Virus record (IMG/VR): IMGVR_UViG_3300037086_000332
Reading direction: 5' to 3' (one strand)
Origin: an uncultured virus (IMG/VR IMGVR_UViG_3300037086_000332)
Lineage: Duplodnaviria; Heunggongvirae; Uroviricota; Caudoviricetes
DNA: 20,000 nucleotides
The notes under the pieces are model-generated. The model did no database searches. It was not told where the DNA came from and worked only from the letters and a program-made list of their open reading frames with translations. How positions within the stretch are numbered: position 1 is the stretch's first letter; each line of letters starts with the position of its first letter. This document shows positions 14,255-20,000 of this stretch, in pieces. The position numbers and the translations under genes are program-made.

Positions 14255-14668
14255 CTATCGAACGAAGATGAGTTGGATGATTTCTTTGCTTAGATTGGTC
14301 ACTGCTTTTTTGATGTTTTTACACTTGAACACGCTATTTTTACTTACTACCCAAAACATTGTACCATCAGTCTTTTCTTTTGGAAGATCATGATCTGTCA
14401 CTACTCCGGTCTCTGCATCCCAGGCGAAGAGAACATGACTCATGAAAATCTCTGCCAGATCACCCATATCCCCGATCTTTTCGACTTTTCCAATCAAAAA
14501 ATACTCTACACCATCAGTCGAATTCAATTTTTTTATAGTGCAGTCAAAAACATACATGCTATCACTCTTTTCAAACTCCACAACATCTTGTCCCTCAGGA
14601 AATTTGAACACCTTTAGCCTCGAGGTTTCTTCTTGGATCCTTGATTTCAGAGTAATTGGGGTTATCAT
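14255..14668 (-). CDS. hypothetical protein (137 aa) with family-like C-terminal helix
   Basis: ATGA-coupled to the baseplate gene. Ends LSKEIIQLIFVR. Confidence 0.7.
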   Translation of the reverse strand: MITPITLKSRIQEETSRLKVFKFPEGQDVVEFEKSDSMYVFDCTIKKLNSTDGVEYFLIGKVEKIGDMGDLAEIFMSHVLFAWDAETGVVTDHDLPKEKTDGTMFWVVSKNSVFKCKNIKKAVTNLSKEIIQLIFVR

Positions 14669-15009
14669 GTCATATACACTTGAGACTTGTCGGGAATAAT
14701 CAGTTTGGTACCAGCTACCAGCTGTTGAATAGGATCGTAAAGATTATTGGCATCTTCAATGATCCAATCATACATTGCTGAAGCGTAGAAAAGAATAGAG
14801 ATCTTATCAATTCTGTGTTCAGTGGTAGCATCAACTGTATAAAATTGATCCCCTTGTCGAATTTGGTACCCTTTGTATTTTGATTGATAAAACCCACACC
14901 TTACAGTATTTATCTTGGGATCAAGCAAAAGATCATATTGAGTCATTTTGCTATTTCTGCCATAGGTTGGCACTGCTGTCAAAGAGACATTGTATAATTG
15001 TCGCGGCAT
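14665..15009 (-). CDS. LysM-like baseplate/tail protein (T4 gp53 / P2 gpX-like)
   Basis: YTV...RIDKISILFY...DWIIEDANNLYDP...AGTKLIIP is the phage baseplate LysM pattern. SD GAGG before ATG 15009. Follows a tube-like domain gene. Confidence 0.8.
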   Translation of the reverse strand: MPRQLYNVSLTAVPTYGRNSKMTQYDLLLDPKINTVRCGFYQSKYKGYQIRQGDQFYTVDATTEHRIDKISILFYASAMYDWIIEDANNLYDPIQQLVAGTKLIIPDKSQVYMT

Positions 15010-15026
15010 ATTATCCTCTATTAGTT

Positions 15027-18000
15027 TTAGCTTGTCTTCCAACCAAGAGCAGTTTCAGTCGGTGTGGAGGCATCAGTCTTGGCTGAATCAGTTTCTGGAG
15101 TTTTTTGATTATATCCTTGGGCCTGAGATGGTAATGGCAACCACTTGTCCATGGTTAAATTCTGAGCAAGAGCAAGATCAGAGTAGCTGTTCCAAGTGTT
15201 ATATATTTCTTTAAGGTCTAGGTTGACTTCCCACATGATGGGATTTCTATTTTTTGTGTATCCAGCTAATGGATTCATATCAACTCCAACATTACTAACT
15301 ATCCATCTAGAGTATCTGAAACTATCTGAAATTGGAGTTATTTCATAGTATCCTCTAACAATTGTTATAAGAGGTGGGGCATAGGGAGCATTTCCTCTAG
15401 CCGACATTGGAAGAACCAACGATCTATATTTGTTTAGAAGATTGAGAACATATTCCTCATCCCATCCATTCAACCAAGTATAGGCTGGATTTTTTGGATT
15501 AGGGATTTTTGTTGGATCTAATCGATTACCGTTTCTGTCTAGTGGAGCTTCTCCGTCTCTGAAATCAGCCACAACCAACGTCGATTTTAAACTCAATTGT
15601 CTTGATTCAGTGTTTCCCCAAATCCACCAATCTGAAGTACGACCCATGGCCGTATGAGATACCCAATTTGCTCCTCTCGATTCTCCACTAATTTCTGGAT
15701 CAAATTGAAATGGTATTTTAAACAACTGACCACCACTGTTTTTGTTTTCACCTGGGCCACCAGCAGCCGCATTCCAATTAGAGAGAACTGAAATATATCC
15801 AGCTCCAGTAAAGTGATTATTAGTTTTAGTTTCATCTCCTTCGACATTATCGATTCTGTGTTTCGTTGAATGATTGATGTAAATGGTTTTATAAAATTTG
15901 TCGCGATCTCCATAAAGAGACATACCCTCATAGTTTTTGGTGCTGCCGTCTATGACTATTGCGGTTCTTTCTGAATCAGAACCGTGTAAGGCGTCGAACA
16001 TTTTATCGAGATCATTAGATCCATCTGGAAAAATAGAAAGATTAGATGCGGAGTTCATCCATGTACCATCCATGAAGACCACATGCCTGTCTTTCCCAAA
16101 TTCATTTCTCAATAGAGCTGGATATGGCTTGCTAAGATCTTCTCCATATGCTCCAATATAACCAATATCCTGTCTCCTAGTTGTAAAGGCTGAATCATAA
16201 AGACTTTGAACATTATTGCCATCTCTTAAGAGAGTGTTGTTTAGTAGTAGTTGATTTCTGTCAGAATACAAAATACCCCTACCTTGATCAGATCCATCAC
16301 TTGCTATTTGGTCGAAGTGAGTGAGATTCTGACTGGTGGCCCAAATGTCTTTGGGCAAAGGTTGAAAACGGTCTCTGACAACACCAAATCGACTCTTGAC
16401 ATTGTCAAAATCCATTTTCAAAAAATTATTACTTTGGGTATCCATTACCGCATTCAAGAAAGTTACATATGGGTCATCTGATTTCAATATAACTTTTGAG
16501 ATCTCAGCCGTGATATTAGACTTCGGTGAAAAATCTTCTCTATGCAATCTGAGAAGTTTAATTCCTGGAGATGGCTTGTTATCCACATCAGACATCTGAA
16601 TGTCCGCTGTGGTATAAACTTCCTTTTCATTTTTCAAAATCAACTGTTTCATGAAAGCATTTTTCAATGATGATTTCTGAGGAGTTTTGACTCCAAGTGC
16701 TGAAAGATGTGGGTCCTGAGGACCATTAGAATCACCCACAATCTTCTGAAGACCATAAACATCTGCCATCCAATCAGTCACTGACTCCACGGTGTAGGCT
16801 CCAATTCCTGGTTGTTTTAATGGAGTAACCGCTGTTTCTAGATTGGAATAGTATTTATCCTTTTCAACAAATATCAAATAATCGTAATAGCCACCTACTC
16901 GACTTACAGAGTTGTTGTTGAGCCAAGTACCTGTTGTTTTGACATCTGATTCTTTAACAACTCTCATTGCTGAAGATGGATAGGGTCTCGGATCTGAAAC
17001 AAGTATTTGAGTTCTCCAATTTCCAGAGCTTCTATCTGTAGAAAGATCCCAAAAATCTTTCTGTTTATTAACAGCTGGATCGTTGTTTGAAGCAAATTTT
17101 CCATACTCAATCGGAGAGCTCAATTGGGCAATCATAGCATTCAAGCGGTTTGTAGCTTTTTGATTATCATTTACTCCAAAACTCTTGTTCCACCAAGAAT
17201 TGAGAGAAGAGCCCAGAGAACCGACAGATTTTGAATAACTATCAGCATAGGCGAGAAGAGACTGATTCCAATCCCACATTGAACCAAACTTATGGGCTGC
17301 TGAATCGGCAATTGTGAATCCTACCACACTAGGTATATTGCCCCTTAATAGCATTTGTTCTTTGTGGGTCACATCTAGCAAACCAGTTCCTAAAATTTTA
17401 TTTCCAAAAGACACCGCACTAGCAGCCATGGCGGCGGCTTTTGCTCCCATTGCAGAAGTAGAAAAATTGGCTAAGTATTTAGATGAATTTGGATCATCTA
17501 TTCCAGAAATCATTAGCGATTGATACACGTCAGAATAGGCATATCGAACTAAATTGACTTCGAGAGTCTTTCTTTCTACATCATAGAGAGTTCCCTGATC
17601 AGAGAGAAGACCGATTCCCTTCTGTCCAATCGCCACTAATTCTGGAGCGGTGGCTAAACCTCCCAGAGCCATTTGTCCTAGACGCGCGGCGTCCATCTCT
17701 AAAGAAGTAAGAATACGAGACATTGTACCATCAACATAAGCTGATGAGTATTGAATTCCACGAATGAGATCATGATCAAGTTCTATTGGTTTGTCCGTTT
17801 CGACTGGAAGCTTAGTAGAAATGTCGGTTTGGTCCTTGTCGGACGGCTTCAACATGTCGTGAGAGTAGAGAGAGGTCGAAGAAGAAACTACGTCCAAATC
17901 TCTTTGATTTCGAGAAAAGTAACCAGAGTCGGTAGCCGTAATCAGAACCTTCGACATTGAGGTAGCAGTAAACCCCAATTGATCTTTGATGGTGTTTTGA

Positions 18001-19790
18001 GGACCAGTCCATGGGGCGGTGTTTCTCTGGCGTTGCAAAACAGCTTCTGCTCCAGACATACGAGGCACCCTATTATCGTAGCCATATCCAATGTTAGAAG
18101 AGACTTGAAATACTGGTCCGCCAAGTCCTGCCAAATAGTGAGTGATGTCGTTAAAAGGCACACCAGGCGATACCCTCTGGAAGCTCAATTTATCGCTAAT
18201 TTTAATTGAAGAGATTGGAACAGAGACATCATACTTGAAGTCTATATTGGTTCTTTGCTTGATTGTTGTTAGCTGAGGAGAAGTAGACTGTACGAGGTTA
18301 TCTGCCTCAATAAATACTTCAGTAGCTCGATCTCTAGCAGTAGGATTGGCCAGTGAATACAATTGATTTTCAACATCGCTTGATCTAATGGTACCATGGT
18401 TTGCAAATGATGTTCCAGTAGAAAGTTTTCCTCTAGAGATTGTAGGAATAATCTCTGTCTGCTCATTTTTTTGCATATCTTTGTTTCTGGCATCATCGGC
18501 TTCAGGCAATCTCTTTGTTCTGGAAAGAATACCTGAGTAACTAATGTCAAATGGAGCAGAAATGCCGACATCAATCGACAATATATTTTTCGTTGATTTC
18601 TTTGTAGTGTCTTGGGATGGTGTAATTAAACTCTCCAACTTTTTCATTGTATCTGGAGTGATAGCAATGATTCCACCACCAGGTAGACGGAACATAGGAC
18701 GGCCATATGAATAGTTGTTAAACTCTTCTTTATAGACATAACTTGGACTCGAGAGATCAAATGTTTTTACTCTGCCACCACTACCCGAAATAGAACTATT
18801 GATTACTGATTCTTGTTTCTTTTCATATATAGGAGTATATAAACCACTAAATTTAGAAGAAGCAACGGATGTGTTAATCTTGTCTTCTTCCTTTTTCTCC
18901 TGGTCCGCTTTAATTGTTTCACCAATTTCAGTTTTGATTTTGTGAACATGAAATGTTGAGATCTGAGTTTCTGTTTTGTTTTCTGGAAGTAGATCCGCTG
19001 ATATATTAATGTCAGTCTTTTTGAGTTCTTTAAGAGCCGTATTAATAACATTCTCACTCTTAGAGAGTTGCTTCTGATTGGTGGCAATACTTGTTTCAGC
19101 CTTCTTGTCTGGCTTTTGGTCAGTGACAACATTAGTGTCTGTTTTCTTCTCAGCTTTTTGTTGTGCAAATGCAATTTCTTCAGATTTCTTTACAGTTGGT
19201 TGAGCAAGACCAATAGTTATATCTTGTTTCTTTCTATGGCCCATCTCTTTAATGATTTGTTCTACTTTTCTGAGATTGATGTTTGGTTCTTTGATTTCAG
19301 AATCGATCTTAGAAGATTTTGGTTGATCTGTAGAAACTCGTTCATCAGTCTTGAAGACATATTTTTGATTTTGAGGAATGTCGAAATCAGTCTTTCTCAG
19401 AGACTTTGGAAGAGTAAATGGAGATTCTGCTTTTCTAGTTGATGCGGGGGACTCTGCTACTTGAGTGCCCTCTTTTTTAGACATATCAGAGAGGGATCTA
19501 ATCGTTTGATCGACCTTAGTTGTGCTGTTGGGACTGACTGTAACGGGACTGTCGGACTTATGATAAGCTTGAGGAGCTGAAGTGATGTCTGGGGCGGTTT
19601 TATTTTCATGGACTCCAGTAACAATATCGGTATCAGTTTTAGGAGTGTGAATACCGAAAGAGCCAAGAGGTTTCAACGATTTTTGGCTTTGGTTTGGAGG
19701 CAAGGTTTCGACAAGCTGACCTTTGGCCGACTTATTTGGAGGAATGATGGTCATTAGAGGGGTCCAATTTTTCTCAGTCCCTTGTCCCAT
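15027..19790 (-). CDS. 1587-aa virion structural protein with C-terminal CIS-tube/baseplate-hub (gpU/gp48-like) domain
   Basis: The C-terminal ~180 aa IPFQFDPEISGESRGANW...MGR...ESRQLSL...LVLP...PPLITI...WIVSNV...EVNLDLKE resemble contractile-tail tube-initiator domains. SD AAGGA. Adjacent to the LysM baseplate gene. Confidence 0.7.
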   Translation of the reverse strand: MGQGTEKNWTPLMTIIPPNKSAKGQLVETLPPNQSQKSLKPLGSFGIHTPKTDTDIVTGVHENKTAPDITSAPQAYHKSDSPVTVSPNSTTKVDQTIRSLSDMSKKEGTQVAESPASTRKAESPFTLPKSLRKTDFDIPQNQKYVFKTDERVSTDQPKSSKIDSEIKEPNINLRKVEQIIKEMGHRKKQDITIGLAQPTVKKSEEIAFAQQKAEKKTDTNVVTDQKPDKKAETSIATNQKQLSKSENVINTALKELKKTDINISADLLPENKTETQISTFHVHKIKTEIGETIKADQEKKEEDKINTSVASSKFSGLYTPIYEKKQESVINSSISGSGGRVKTFDLSSPSYVYKEEFNNYSYGRPMFRLPGGGIIAITPDTMKKLESLITPSQDTTKKSTKNILSIDVGISAPFDISYSGILSRTKRLPEADDARNKDMQKNEQTEIIPTISRGKLSTGTSFANHGTIRSSDVENQLYSLANPTARDRATEVFIEADNLVQSTSPQLTTIKQRTNIDFKYDVSVPISSIKISDKLSFQRVSPGVPFNDITHYLAGLGGPVFQVSSNIGYGYDNRVPRMSGAEAVLQRQRNTAPWTGPQNTIKDQLGFTATSMSKVLITATDSGYFSRNQRDLDVVSSSTSLYSHDMLKPSDKDQTDISTKLPVETDKPIELDHDLIRGIQYSSAYVDGTMSRILTSLEMDAARLGQMALGGLATAPELVAIGQKGIGLLSDQGTLYDVERKTLEVNLVRYAYSDVYQSLMISGIDDPNSSKYLANFSTSAMGAKAAAMAASAVSFGNKILGTGLLDVTHKEQMLLRGNIPSVVGFTIADSAAHKFGSMWDWNQSLLAYADSYSKSVGSLGSSLNSWWNKSFGVNDNQKATNRLNAMIAQLSSPIEYGKFASNNDPAVNKQKDFWDLSTDRSSGNWRTQILVSDPRPYPSSAMRVVKESDVKTTGTWLNNNSVSRVGGYYDYLIFVEKDKYYSNLETAVTPLKQPGIGAYTVESVTDWMADVYGLQKIVGDSNGPQDPHLSALGVKTPQKSSLKNAFMKQLILKNEKEVYTTADIQMSDVDNKPSPGIKLLRLHREDFSPKSNITAEISKVILKSDDPYVTFLNAVMDTQSNNFLKMDFDNVKSRFGVVRDRFQPLPKDIWATSQNLTHFDQIASDGSDQGRGILYSDRNQLLLNNTLLRDGNNVQSLYDSAFTTRRQDIGYIGAYGEDLSKPYPALLRNEFGKDRHVVFMDGTWMNSASNLSIFPDGSNDLDKMFDALHGSDSERTAIVIDGSTKNYEGMSLYGDRDKFYKTIYINHSTKHRIDNVEGDETKTNNHFTGAGYISVLSNWNAAAGGPGENKNSGGQLFKIPFQFDPEISGESRGANWVSHTAMGRTSDWWIWGNTESRQLSLKSTLVVADFRDGEAPLDRNGNRLDPTKIPNPKNPAYTWLNGWDEEYVLNLLNKYRSLVLPMSARGNAPYAPPLITIVRGYYEITPISDSFRYSRWIVSNVGVDMNPLAGYTKNRNPIMWEVNLDLKEIYNTWNSYSDLALAQNLTMDKWLPLPSQAQGYNQKTPETDSAKTDASTPTETALGWKTS
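18867..19643 (-). repeat. about 19 imperfect 13-14 aa protein repeats, x-K-(T/S/A)-(D/E)-x-x-(I/V)
   Basis: Residues ~50-308 of the 1587-aa ORF, e.g. KKTDTNVVTDQKPD / KKAETSIATNQKQL / SKSENVINTALKEL / KKTDINISADLLPE. Confidence 0.8.
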
Positions 19791-19805
19791 TGTATTTTCC
19801 TTTTA

Positions 19806-20000
19806 TCAAAAGACCATTTCCTTCTTAAGATTACTAAAAACAAAACCAATCAAATGGTGAGAATACTTTAAAACTCGTGTAGTTTTCCTTCGATCTTTTT
19901 CTTCCAATAGATTCGCACTACCCTTAAAGTCTCCAATATTCCATCTCATCAGTAACACATTTTTTCTAAGTGGTTTCACCTTATAGACTAACCCATATAC
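19806..20000 (-). CDS. 5'-truncated small paralog-family protein
   Basis: Open frame from the window end: ...GLVYKV...YSHHLIGFVFSNLKKEMVF*, TGA at 19806-19808. Confidence 0.6.
   Translation of the reverse strand, partial: VYGLVYKVKPLRKNVLLMRWNIGDFKGSANLLEEKDRRKTTRVLKYSHHLIGFVFSNLKKEMVF

Noticed and set aside
688..14897. Shadow ORFs in the track (e.g. 688..879, 1107..1322, 1430..1714, 2666..2986, 4247..4597, 4986..5333, 6628..6933, 8177..8638, 13266..13574, 14390..14617, 14715..14897)
   Set aside because: They lie antisense to or out of frame with better-supported coupled genes and lack family motifs or RBS support.
1038..15042. Longest-ORF starts at 1038, 1322, 1630, 4735, 5019, 5507, 6427, 10175, 12920, 15042
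   Set aside because: Internal ATGs at stop/start overlaps or with SD sites give better starts and match the family N-terminal motif.
14880..19666. Small ORFs overlapping the LysM and 1587-aa genes (e.g. 15593..15931, 18269..18574, 18803..19174, 19068..19442)
   Set aside because: They are alternative-frame by-products of a long, compositionally biased CDS.
15027..19790. Calling the 1587-aa protein a classical tape measure protein
   Set aside because: It is not predominantly helical Ala/Gly-rich along its length and has a tube-like C-terminal domain, so it is left as a structural protein.
1..20000. CRISPR array, tRNA or rRNA genes
   Set aside because: No regularly spaced identical DNA repeats and no cloverleaf or rRNA signatures. 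Intergenic space is minimal.

Overview
AT-rich, gene-dense segment that looks like part of a large contractile-tailed (myovirus/jumbo-type) phage genome. This is an inference from the baseplate/tail-type genes, HNH, ParB-like and cupin genes and the absence of cellular housekeeping genes. The window is dominated by about 44 (hand count, including one pseudogene and one edge-truncated ORF) small, mostly 78-137 aa, highly diverged ORFs. Many begin with an (K/R)-(V/I)-G-x-W/Y motif followed by a variable aromatic, beta-strand-like core. Nearly all end in a shared amphipathic helix, fullest form Y-x-P-x-x-x-D-[LYF]-x-x-[AV]-[IV]-x-x-[VIL]-F-[GE]. They sit in long translationally coupled chains (890-5857 +, 6191-8018 +, 8001-8739 -, 9741-14231 -), and two gaps in the first chain are filled by 7-10 aa mini-ORFs that overlap both neighbours. 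An AAGATAA motif heads 8 transcription units, including every divergent strand switch, and is a putative phage promoter. A 1587-aa protein (about 19 imperfect 14-aa repeats plus a C-terminal CIS-tube/gpU-like domain) and a LysM/gp53-like baseplate protein lie at the right end. No tRNA, rRNA, CRISPR array or IS was recognised. All family assignments come from motif recognition by eye, not from database searches.
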